From NCBI GenBank assembly GCA_965644265.1, contig OZ286462.1, positions 38,688,001 through 38,752,000 on the forward strand: a DNA stretch of 64,000 nt. Reading direction: 5' to 3'. A program made the translations under genes and the position numbers. The stretch is from Glycera tridactyla (lineage: Eukaryota). Within the stretch, counting starts at the first letter, position 1. Each line of letters opens with the position of its first letter. Below the pieces are notes generated by a model, which was not told the DNA's origin, did not search any database, and saw nothing but the letters and a program-made list of their open reading frames with translations. Positions 52,283-64,000 of this stretch are shown in pieces.

Positions 52283-53842
52283 GTTGATTTGAAAACATAT
52301 TGCCCCTTTGATGTTGCACACCGCAGGGCATGATGACACAAGTATGAGTTTATCATCATCATCATCATCATCATCTGATGGTAATCCCCTGATTCACATA
52401 TTAACATTTCATCATTATATTGATAGGGAATTGATGGAGTATTGAAGAGTAAAATATCCATCTGACCAGTGGATACTCCCTCCCCTCTCCCTAAACTACA
52501 GCTCATCTGTTATCAATCTCGAAAAACGGATCCAGCGAACGCTTTTTGAGGTTTTTTTGCATGTTCAAAATCTATTGTGAATAATCCATCAGTGGGCTAG
52601 CTCTAGGGCACAATAAACGTATCAGAGCCCATGAATAAAGATTGTCCTACCTAATTTGTAGTTGGTTTTTGCTCACAGCTCAAGCTGTGAGTGAGGTGCC
52701 AACTTGAGAGGGAGTCCCCATTTCAATGCATCATTCATGAAAAGCATCAAACAAACTGCCAATAACTGCCGGACACGAGTGAATGTCTAATGGTACTGCT
52801 GTCTCAGACCTGCTGAATACCTTGCTGTATCTTACCACTGATGATGTTGGAGTAGCCATCATTAGGAAATTCCACAAATTCTCTGGTGGTTAAACCATGC
52901 CCAGACCCAAACTTCCTGTGTGGATGTATTGCAATATACTAATTCTATATGGATAAAGACATTTCTGCACGGCTTGTTGCAATATCATCATTATCTTGAT
53001 ATTATCAATGTTCTGAATACTAATACTATGATAATCATTCTCATCATAATGATTATCATCATCATTACCAATATCAGTATCTTTATCATCGTGGGCACAT
53101 GACAGATTGCAAACAGGAATCTCTGAGAGGAGTCCATTCAACTCAGACACAAATTCCAGGTGTACATTTTTTGGACATAATCAACTGCAAATCCTCACTG
53201 CTGCACCCTATCCAGATGTTTTGACATATGACCTGTGATGTCAGCCAGAGGTTTCACTCAATGCAGTAAGCTCAATATATTGAGCTACATACTGTCCCGA
53301 AAGCTGGAAAAGTCTTTACCACAGAAAAGACGACTGAGGATGTATGGGGTTAAATGAGCGGGATCACTCTCATAACCACAACATTCATATGACCATATTT
53401 TTACTCCACTTGAATGTAATATTTTGATGTATGACCATGAGATATTTGCACGCCATAAGAGATATATCACACAAAATGGCCATCGCTCTTATTGGCTCCA
53501 TACAGAGGTATGTGTTGCATGAAATGCAACATGAACCAGTCTCAAATCGGAAAATTGCAGCCATTCTAAAGCTCCTCACACAAAAACTTTCCAATAGAAG
53601 TGAATGCTCTATCACCTGCGTGCCATTTTACGTTTACCACCGAAAGATGAATTCATCTGTTTTCCATCAGAATATTTTGTACAATATTCAATTGTCTAAT
53701 ATTGAGATTTATGCTACATGCAAGGCTGATAATGAAAACTAAACATGATGTAGCTACATCAGCTATATACTCAACAATCCATTCAATGTACTTAAAACTA
53801 GATATTTGTATTTCATACTTACTTGGGGAGGACCCTGCATCT

Positions 53843-54395
53843 TTTTGGATCCATTGGCGGCTGATGAGTTGTTGCTCCGAGCCGGACAGCAGTCAAGATT
53901 CTCTTGAGCCAGGTCTCCCTCCTTCAATCTAAAGGCCCGAAACCACAACCTGGTATTTCACTGATGACCTGTCCAACTCTGCCCCAGCTAGTCCTGGTGT
54001 TGCTACGTCAGTCATGAGTGGGATGTGTTGGTGACACCTTCCTTATTGATCATTTCAATATATTGTGAGTTTCTATCTTCCAGTTTACTCTTGTAGATGG
54101 ACAGGATGATTACACATGCTGAGTAGTCACATAGCCAGACCACATTACCAGATGTGACATGTGATCATTTACAGTCTGATACTGTTGAGATATTATCTAT
54201 TGTGATGATCACATCCCTTGGCAGACTTCTGCATGGATCCTCTGGCCGTCATGGAAGAGCTTTGGCTGGAGTTGGACAGGAGTCAAGATTCCTTTAATCT
54301 CGTCTGCCACCAAGTTTCCCCTCCTTCATGGATCTGACAATTAAAGTGCCTGAATCCCCGACTTTTTTTTTCACTGATAACATGCCCAACTCTGC
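53843..54395. repeat. Unclassified dispersed repeat, copies 2 (53843-53990) and 3 (54232-54395)
   Basis: Shared GGATCC...GGACAG.AGTCAAGATT...TTTCACTGAT.AC.TG.CCAACTCTG; inverse of 4623-4790. Confidence 0.7.
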
Positions 54396-55903
54396 TGCGG
54401 TTCTTCACGCTTTTGCTGAGGTGGTCGTTGTGCTGGATGCGTGAGGTGTCGATCTTTTTTCTCATGACTTTCCAAGTTTTAGTATTTCTCATCTCCCTGG
54501 GGATTATACACCAGCTAAAGATATATGTAAGTTCATGGGGAAAATACTTCACAATCAACATCATTGCCTAAGGCCAAGTCAATATTCACATCTGAGTATT
54601 GCATGTCGGTACTTGTATCATCCACTTAGATGATTCAACACACCTGCAGGTTTCTCCTAATGAGAAACACAAACTTCATCAACTAGTGTGAATAGGGAGG
54701 TGCAGCATTGGCAACTAAATTGTCAGTTTTGGTCACCATTGTAGTAGAAGCTCCGTTCCTCATTACACAACAACACAGTTCATTGGAGCATCAGATTGGC
54801 TACATATGATCCATTATCAGTTAACAAAACAAAAACCTTGGTTCAATCAACTTCCTTTCCAAAATCCACAAAATTACTGTATTTCAGGAATGCTGTAAAA
54901 TGAGCGCATTTGTTATAACAAATAGTTCATATAAAAAGCTTCAGTATGTGAAAGGCAATCTGGTCAATTGCAAGGTTGGTATATTTGTGGATAAAAAAAC
55001 TATATTCAAGACTCATCTTTGAGGAATTGGACAAGAGCTTGTCGCAACCAATTTGCGAGATTTTGTGGAGAGATGAGAGTATTCCAGCTGTGTATGATGA
55101 CATAATGACAGCTTATTTCATCTGTACACAAGGTGAGAGGTCTCCCCTTCCACAATACACTCCACTACTTCTCAGCAACCAAACCACTCCATCCATTGTG
55201 AGCTCCTCTTACCAACAGCCGAGTGGTGGAATTACCTTTTCAAGATTTCTCAGCGACTGGTGAATGATGATCAGTGGAGGAATGATTGCGTCAGAATTAT
55301 TGCAAAATTGTGTGAAGAATCTGATCACATTATATCTCTTCAACGTACATGGTGATGATTCTGAAAGGATATCAGCAGAATTTGATAGGAAATTCCCTCC
55401 CAAAATAGTTGCAACATATAGGATGATTTGCTGAAATCATTCATAAACATAAGCTATCCCTTAACTTCACTGGTCATAATTCAAATGCAGCATTACAACT
55501 GGTATAATCGGGCACAGGTGGTAGCAATATAACAGATTTAAGTCTGATTATGATGTAATATTAGGACCCATATAATGTATTACCTGCACCTGTCAAAACA
55601 AAGTCTAGCTATTCTGTCAATGATGAATGAGATGGACCCATTCACCAACATCTCAATGCACTTGAAATCAGAGAATATAATTCCAGATATTTCTGAACAC
55701 TCTTTGCAACTATAACAAATTGGTCCAATTCTGATTTGCACAAATCTAAAAGTAATTGGTCAGCTCATCATCATCCATGAGACGAGAGCCTACTTCAAGG
55801 ATCTTGGTGTCGAATCAACTCTCAGCAACCCATACACAGACCTTTGAAGCAGACAGTACTCTCATTTTTGTTAAAGATTCACTTCAAAATTTCATCAAAG
55901 ATA

Positions 55904-56011
55904 CCGTATTCCCCCTAATTAGCACCCCGAGATTTTTGACATCTTGAACAAATAAGCAGCCCCTTTCTCGAATTAGCAATCGTCCTGGGGGGCTAATTAG
56001 GAAGAATACCG
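55904..56011. mobile_element. Tc1/mariner-type MITE (CCGTATT termini)
   Basis: TA|CCGTATTCCCCCTAATTAGC ... GCTAATTAGGAAGAATACCG|TA. Confidence 0.75.
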
Positions 56012-56625
56012 TATCCAACATTGGTCTCAATTTCAAATTTTAAACACCAACATAGAAATGATATACACTCACAAATGAAGGTCCAATCACAACTCCCTCC
56101 TACAACATACACATATGAACGAAATTATCACTTGAGCCTTCCATGAGCAATTTACAGATATCTATACCCTAGCAATCCCCAAAAAGATTTTGAATGATGT
56201 TTGGTTGGATTCAAATATCATTTCCCACACAGTCAGTCATGAAAGGGTGAGGAGAGCAAGTTGGACCCAATATGGTCACTGGACGAACCCAGCTCTAACA
56301 ATAGTCATTGGCCAAATCCATCCAATTGTTCGAGCTTGCTCTTCAAATATTTGCTCTTCAAATAGTTGCCTGAAGAAGTCTATCCACCAGTGCGGAAATA
56401 TCTATTAACCTATAAAACGGTATTGTTAAAATACCATATATATCTAAGATGATTTGGGTGACGGGTCAAGTGTGAACCAGTCTATTTCTATTGCTTGTTC
56501 GGACAAGGTTACTCATGTTACAGTGACAAAGATTGATCAGGAATCAAAGTGTGAACAGCAGGGTTATATTAGTTGACCTTGGTCAGTGACATCCAGAACA
56601 AATCATGAGGAATGAGACCAATTTA

Positions 56626-56807
56626 CAGTCAAACCTGTCCAGAATGACTACCATCAGTTTCATCAATACTTGGTCTTGTAGACACATGCACTTTGTAGAG
56701 AGGTGGTTCATAGTAGAAAATACTATTACAGTCAAATCACACACTGAGGTGGCTTTTGTAGGCAGGTGACCTTTATGTACAGGTGGTTGGCTGAGTAGAT
56801 TTGACTA
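56626..56807. mobile_element. Tc1/mariner-type MITE (CAGTCAAACCTGT termini)
   Basis: TA|CAGTCAAACCTGTCC ... AGATTTGACTA; homologous to the relic at ~17000-17168. Confidence 0.65.
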
Positions 56808-57742
56808 CATATGATACTTGCATCCATGTCATGGATTTCCATTAGGTCGATCTAAAATCCAGGACAATCACATATGGGCTGACCTAACGATTCATATTGT
56901 TTGCCAATTGACAGAGATGTACAAACCCATTGGTGAAATCAGGCCCACAAGATGAGCCAGTCTGAAATAAGCACAAAACTGATGACACATGATCTTCAAC
57001 GAGTCGGTGTGGGTTATTTTCAGCTGAATATCAAGAAAACCCCAATTAGATTCACACATACGTCATTGCCAGCTTGGTGGGAAAACAAACTGTGACAAAC
57101 ACAAGAGAGCTGTGACCAGCCTAACAATTGTCTGTAGGTGTCGGACAGAGAGATCATGCATATGTAAGATAATCAGTACCTTCTCCATGTTCATCTCCAT
57201 CTTTGTCCTTGGACAACACAGCAGGCCAAGATGCAGATGTCCCAATCTTACCGAAAAATGAGTAAGCATGAGTAAAATGAGTATACTTGATTATCGATCA
57301 ATCTTGCTTTATGCTTTATATGTCCAACATCTATAAAACATGATAGGGCTTATATGACAACAGGTATTATTAGGTCATTCCATGAAAAAATGGCATATTT
57401 CCACATTGCATGACCTTTCCCACCATGACCTTGACCTTGAGGAGCCAAGGTCATGCTGCCATTGGATAGCCCATTGTTGAAAACATATATGTACATGCTT
57501 CATAGGTCCAAATGTCTCCAATATATCCTAAAAAGTCATATTATCTGGCATCTGACATGTTCCACCGAATTTGCCACTGTTACCTTGGTAACTCATTTTT
57601 CACCCAAAAACTAGGTATTTTTCATGTCCAACAGAACTCATCATTAAGCGTTATGAGTGACCTCTCTCAAAATGCCCATCAGAAACTGGCAAACATGTTA
57701 GGGCTTATATGACAACAGTTGAAAGTAAGTCATTTCATGAAA

Positions 57743-59248
57743 ACATAGCCTTCACTGAAGGCAGACCTCATCTCAACGAAGCCAACTCGAACGCCTCGAA
57801 TATATGTAACACATAGATGACCCAACTCATGCTGTGGAAATCAATTTTCAAACAAAGGTTGGATCTATCAGCTGATGCTCATCAGAAGTCACGTCTGGTT
57901 CACATTTACATTTTTGTCCCCAAAATCAAGCAAGGTTGTCATCGGTCCCCATCCATTGCAGGCATTTGTGAAGGAATGCTATGAAAGGCATCTGTGTCAA
58001 GTTTAGTGTGTGGCTAGGGGCAGCAACAATCTTTAGGAAAAATCCATTTCTGAAAATCCACTTTTGTCCCAAAAGTCGATCAGCATTGTCAGGAACCCTG
58101 ATCCCTGGCTGGCATTCATTAGGGAATGATATAAATTGCATCTGTACCAAGTTTGGAGTGGCTACGGACAGCCAACATCTTTAGAAAAGTCCATTTCTGA
58201 AAAAAAAAAATTTCACCCCAAAACCAACCAGGCCTGTTATGGCTAGCATTCATTAGGGAATGCTATCAAGTACATCCATGCAAAGTTTGCTGAGGCTACA
58301 GACAGCCAACATCTTCAGGAAAATCCATTTCTGAAAAAAACAATTTTCACCCCCAAAACCAACCAGGCCTAATGGGAGACCCTATCTATGGCTAGCATTC
58401 ATTAGGGAATGCTATGAACTGCATCTATGCCAAGTTTGGTGTGGCTACGGACGGCCAATATCTTTAGAAAAATCCATTTCTGGAAAAACCAATTTTCACC
58501 CCAAAATGAACCAGGCCTTTTGGGAGACCCCATCCATGACTTGCATTCATTAAGGAATGCTATGAAATCCCTCTGTATCAAGTTTGGGGTGGCTGGGTAC
58601 TGAAAAACTCACCAGAAATGACCAAGTTCATTCATTTAAAAGAAGTGATTTTTCGCCCCAAAATCACCATCTCGCACATATCAGTCTTTCATGGGCAATA
58701 TACAATCACAGGGGATAAAGACACATGTGGAGAATCAACTGCAAACTGAACATGAAAAAATTGGATCATCAGAAATAGTTCATAGATGGCTAAGTCCCAT
58801 CACTTCAAAAAAACCAATTTTCATCCCAGAATTAATCAAGCAGAACACTGGGATGCTACCTTGATGATGGCTGGATTCATTAGTAGATGTACTGAAGTAT
58901 ATGCATGCCAAATTCCATGGAGCTGGGCACTCTAGTTGCTGAGCAATGTGACTTTAACATGACTTCAACATTGCCCCCAATGACAGAGTCCCATCAACCC
59001 AAAGTTTCAACCCAAAATTAATCAAGCAGAACACTGAGATGACATCTTGATGATGGTTGGATTCAATAGCAAATGTACTGAAGTATATGTGTGCCCAATT
59101 CTATGGAGCTAGGCCCTCTAGTTGCTGAGCAAAGGGACTTCAACATGACCTTAACGCTGACCTTAACGCAGATGAGGACGCCGACGCCGACGCCGACGCC
59201 GGAGTGACCGCAATACCTCCCCTCAACTTCATTGAGACGAGGTAAAAA
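57743..59248 (-). mobile_element. HINE-like element (family D) with internal tandem repeats, inserted into an older ~355-bp repeat
   Basis: Left hairpin GCCTTC-ACT-GAAGGC; subTIR ACCTCATCTCAA 57765-57776 inverted at TTGAGACGAGGT 59232-59243, third copy ACCTCCCCTCAA 59215-59226; (GACGCC)4 59177-59200; ~135-150-bp units in 57900-58620. Confidence 0.85.
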
Positions 59249-59934
59249 TGGCATTTTTTCACATCACATGACCTTTCCCACCATGACCTTGACCTTGGAG
59301 AGCCAAGGTCATGTGGCCATTGAATAGCCCATGGTCGATTTTGTATATAGACATACTTTATTTGTTTTGATATCTTCATTATTTTCTGAAATAATACATT
59401 TCCTGTTAATTGGTACATTCCCCAAACTTGGGGTCTCTGTTGCCATGGCAACCCTTTTTCTACCAATAAGGTACTGATTTGCCAAGTCCATCAAGAATTT
59501 CCTGAAACCTTGAAATGTTGTCTATTCAAAAATGTATGGTAGAACTGGTCCATCTGTTTGGTACCAATTTCCCCTCTAGCTCATGGACTAATACATTCGA
59601 AAGGGAAATCAAGCTTTTTTGATGAAAAAGCTATGGATTTCCTGTGAAGTCAAAATGCTGACATCTAGCTCCACCAAAAGGAAACCCTACACCCTAGTTG
59701 ACTGCTCTCTTTACATCTGAGTGTTCGTTTGATTCTGGAGACAAACCACTGATGAAACAGGTCGAAATACAACCAATTGCCAACACTTCCTCTTAGTAGA
59801 AAATATTCTACCACACTTATCCAATACGATGACAAAGCCAGCATGACTGTGAACAGCCAAGGCAAAGTAGCACAGATCATCAGTGATATGTCAGATCAGG
59901 ATTTCAGGCATATTAAATTTCAGATTCATTTCAG

Positions 59935-59994
59935 ACTCCGGTCCAACTCCAGCCACAGCTACTCGGCTACTCGAAGACAGACAGTGGATCCGAA
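59935..59994 (+). CDS. Weak candidate exon (60 nt)
   Basis: Acceptor TTTCAGATTCATTTCAG, donor GTATAA; CpG-rich patch; all three frames open, so no product can be assigned. Confidence 0.2.
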
Positions 59995-60754
59995 GTATAA
60001 CCATCTTCTGTTCAGTAACCAATGTTGAACTAGGATGAAAAAATGGGCCTGTTGACAGATAATTCAGAATGAAAACTACAAGGGGCTAAAATTGGAAAAC
60101 CCGGGGAGGGGTGACCTGGTCCACCAGGACTATTCATCTCTCTTTTTTTTCATGAATCGAGTAGAATTGAAGAAGCATGATTGAGAAGTGTTTCATCACA
60201 TTTCCAACACAACTACGCTTGAGATTCAATCTATTAGAACTCATAAATTTCTGCCATCCAACAAGAACACTGAGGTATAAAAGCAAGAATCAATGCTTTT
60301 CGGATCCAAAGACAATAGTTGAACTCCTTAAGCAATGTCCCCAAAGGATTCATGCTACAACATCACTAGTATTGGTCGTCAGAAACAGAATTGTTCAGTT
60401 TGATTCCATCTTTGGCATCACACTAACTCATAAATCATTCTACTGAGTTACCAAGAGATTTCCATTTTACCTGAAAACATTATATAAGCCTGAGAAGGTG
60501 ATAGGAAATAAAATATTGATGCTCTGGATACACTGAGGAGTAAGAGCCTTTTAACATGTATATAGGTGTGATAGCCACTTTTTCCCAACACATCATGCTT
60601 TCAAACTTCAACATTAATCTTCGATGAAGAACTGGCAAACAGAGCTGTCCCTATTGTATAACCATGACACCAAGACATGAAAGTGTGTGCGAGTGCATGC
60701 ATGCAAGTGAGTGTGTGTGTGCGAATGAGGGGGTGTTTTAGCTACACAGACAGA

Positions 60755-60792
60755 CAGGCAGGCGGCAGACAGACAGACAGACAGACAGACAG
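60755..60792. repeat. (GACA)n microsatellite
   Basis: GACA tandem with a GGCA interruption; similar tracts at 18970-19040 and 61898-61922. Confidence 0.9.
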
Positions 60793-61317
60793 ATTGATGA
60801 CCTAGTGGTACATGCATTCTATCGTATGTCCATACTGGTATGTATTTGAGTATCTATGTGTGATGAGTATACTGGAAGATATATGTGAACAGTGAAGTAT
60901 AGTAAAGCATGAATAATGAATTTCACAACAAGTAATTGCACAATAAATCATAATACATATAGAATATGAAGTACAGCATATTTTGAATCCAATCACAATG
61001 ATGGGCAGGTTTGGATTATAAACATGTTGAAAAGAATGATCGAAAAGATGTTCTTGTTGGTTCCAAGATGATTCATGATGAATAAATAATATCTTACTTT
61101 GAACAATCATTTTTCAACGGTCGTTCCAAAGTAAGATATCATTTATTCATCATGTTCAAAAGAGTCTGGTTTACTCAGAGTTTGCTAGGACAGGACAAAG
61201 CATGTGTGGCAAATCTGATGCTACTATCCCTCCACACTATCAGAATTATAGGCTACAGACCTTGTCAGTCAACCATCCACCCACCCACTTACCTAGGCAC
61301 TCACTCACGTGCCCCCT

Positions 61318-61350
61318 CCCCCCCCCCCCCCCCCCCCACACACACACACG
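61318..61350. repeat. Poly-C followed by (CA)n
   Basis: About 20 C then CACACA. Confidence 0.95.
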
Positions 61351-62431
61351 CATGCATGCACGCAGGTCCACGCACACACAACCTTGAATAAAGTGATAAA
61401 TGGCCAGAGCTGATTCATTACCTGTGCATATCATCAGCATACATATATGCATGAGACACTCATTCCTTAGGTCTCTACGGCAACATGCAAATTGAGGTCA
61501 CAAGTAGTGAATACCACTGTGGCATCATCATCTCAGTTTCTATGCAGACTCCTGCATTCTCAGCCTCACACAAATACTCATGTGGACAATATGCCTTAAC
61601 TCACCCAGAACCACATTCAACTCTATCCGACTCTAGTGATCTAATCCAATTCTTCTCCCTGGATGAGTTGATAATTGGTAACTATTATATTAGTACAAAT
61701 AACATTTGCCATCTAATGCATTGAAAGATGTGAAGAATATGCCTGTGATGAGAAATCACCAGCATCAATCATTTATTTGTGGACACTCCTCTATCGGCCT
61801 TTGCATTCATACATGCAACCAGAGAGCACCATTCCTGACAGACCAAACCACAAACCATTGAGAGTGCTTGATTATCATGGATGGATAAATGGGTGCAGTC
61901 AGACAGACAGACAGACAGACAGGTAGATTGAATTTTGCAAAAACAGGTGACACAAAAATGTCATATCGGATGTCTATGCAACATATAATGGTCCTCATGA
62001 AAGAATATTTCCCAGAACAACAAGAATACGAATGATCAAATTGGGTTTTCCACAGTTTCTGTAGAACAGCACATCTAGGCGATCCCATAATTACAGCATA
62101 TGTAGGTGATATCTTAATTCTCAACAGATCAGACCTAGCCATCTTTTATTTTTACTGAATGAAAGAAGTATGTATGTAGTGATTAGTGGTCAGGAGATAC
62201 AACCTTGATTGGAATCTCCATGTACCACCACAGCCTGGTAACCACCACAAACTCACTTGAATTTACATTCTCATGCCATGCTTAGCCAGCTTCTGGTTGG
62301 GCCATTGGTTGGGCCATTCTCATTCTCAGAGAGGTTTACATTGCAGAATTAGGTGCAAGGGATAAACTTTCGTGATTTACCATCACTGACTCTTTCTGAG
62401 CACACATCCAACCCTGAACTAACATGAGTTG

Positions 62432-62690
62432 CTAGGGTATAAAGGTTCCATTCAGACACTGGTGCACATATGTAGCTCCATAATAATCCATGCAATAGTG
62501 CTCGTCCGTTAGTGGATGGATAATGCTGCCAATTTCAGACAGCCAGCTGACTTTGAACTCAACACTGTGTAGTGTAACAAAGTGATTGATCAGAGAATAG
62601 CATAACCAAACTTGCTCTCCTTTGAAATGGTTACGGGTTGGATTATCAGCCTGCAGGTTTATGTCAAACTTTGTGCCTTCATCACCGAAT
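62432..62690 (-). CDS. Weak candidate terminal exon (85 aa)
   Basis: Acceptor GATTTTCAG then open frame FGDEGTKFDINLQADNP...EHYCMDYYGATYVHQCLNGTFIP*. No confident homology. Confidence 0.2.
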
Positions 62691-64000
62691 CTGAAAATCT
62701 TCACCAATACTTTGGTTAAGACTTTGATCCTAGCAAATTACATTTTCAAAGGTCGCTACAATGGATCAAAGTTCACTCCAATCTTTCTGATGTGGTATTC
62801 ACACCAGAGTACTTAAGGTGGTGCAATTTCATATCCTTGATCTCACATTTGAAATCACTAGCCTACAGAGTTTATGTTGGAAAAGTACATGGAGAATGCT
62901 CTCTGCCCTTTAAAATGATTCTGGGCAACATAAATGTGTTCACAATAGCAATTTTGGTGCATTTCTCATCCACAAGTTCATCATGGTGGATCCAGGGCGA
63001 ATTCAATTGACTTTTGCTAAGAATGAAATCATGCATCACAATACTAAGCATGTTAACCTTACATCTGTTGCGAGTATTTTGTAACTGAAGGATGTGCTTC
63101 TCCTCCTCATTCACCCTGTTGTGACCTACTGTCTCCCAAACATAACCTCATATTCAAACACACTGGATGCGAAGCGTTTGAGCGTGAGAAAACCCTCAAT
63201 CTGATTTCTGGCAATTTCTGACTAGATAAAGCCCTATCTTGTTCATACAAGGCAGTTAGACCTTCCGCCAACCTCACTTGCTGCATAGAGTGCCATAGAG
63301 TGCCAACCTCTATTGCTGCATCGAGCTCCATGATGCTTGAACCAAGCATAAACTGACAGCACTCTGGAAAGAAATTTGCACAGCACTCGCAAATGACACA
63401 AAGGGTTAATCCACTAAATTGATCCTCTTGAACAAACTCTTACCATGATACTTCAACAAGCTGCTTGCATCATACTCAGCCTTTGATCTTTCACCATCCT
63501 GCACTCAAATCAAACAATCCGATTGTTCAGCGTATCATCTGTACATTTTCATCATCAACTATCAACAGATGATATCGTTCAGATGGTCGACGATTTGGAA
63601 AAATCTTTTTTGACTGAGCTACAATCATTCATCATCTTTGACCTGCTCTAAACACTGATCGAGTGATCTTGTAATTGGGTTGTATGTATGTGCAGAATAG
63701 AAGCAGGAATATGTGCCAAAGATCATATTCATTCAAATCCACCTGTGAAATGACTGGAACCATTCCCTTATATTACATGATGGTGTGATAGTGCTTGAGC
63801 CCCTAATATATGACTCCTGCAAATTACTGACAAATTTCCAGCATGATCTTAGACCCATGGTGACAGAGAACAATCAGTCACTGGTTTGTAACACGTAACC
63901 ATTTCAATGAAGAAAGCATGGACTTACAACTGCTACAATTCATGACTCACAAGTTTGCACTGCTCATGAATGATCACCTGGAGAGTAAATCAAATGAATG

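Noticed and set aside
53930-53975. Hammerhead-ribozyme-like GAAA...TA...CTGATGA order (also inverse at 4640-4680 and CTGATGA...GAAA at 59750)
   Set aside because: Only 5 nt are available for stem I and the stem II closing pair is missing, so the core cannot fold.
54976-55860. ORF 54976-55263 and KDLGV motif near 55800
   Set aside because: Only faint resemblance to decayed RTE/CR1 reverse transcriptase; too degraded to annotate and not host-gene-like.
63398-63408. piggyBac-like end CAAAGGG|TTAA
   Set aside because: No matching left terminus found.

Overview
Eukaryotic, AT-rich, CpG-depleted genomic DNA of invertebrate type (species not identifiable) with one 131-N gap. The window is dominated by mobile elements. 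These include at least 8 Helentron-associated non-autonomous (HINE/DINE-1-like) elements, three of them ~2-kb copies of one family carrying a 145-bp internal satellite. There are also many TA-flanked Tc1/mariner-type MITEs, three CAG...CTG MITEs with 5-6 bp target duplications, a ~960-bp piggyBac-type element, a 1.66-kb foldback element, a tRNA-derived SINE with a 13-bp TSD, and a 5'-truncated LINE (the only protein I can recognise, ORF 28654-29409). A 1.43-kb tandem duplication and several mini/microsatellites are present. A CpG-rich, motif-rich segment at ~2.3-2.9 kb looks like a bidirectional promoter. Several short GT-AG-bounded open segments on both strands are candidate exons, but I cannot name a host gene. 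Most ORFs in the supplied track are by-products of repeats. I found no CRISPR array, rRNA, intact tRNA or clearly novel protein system; the most interesting signals are structural (higher-order repeat, reconstructable empty insertion site, unusual TSD lengths, divergence step in a duplication). All coordinates and alignments were read by eye.
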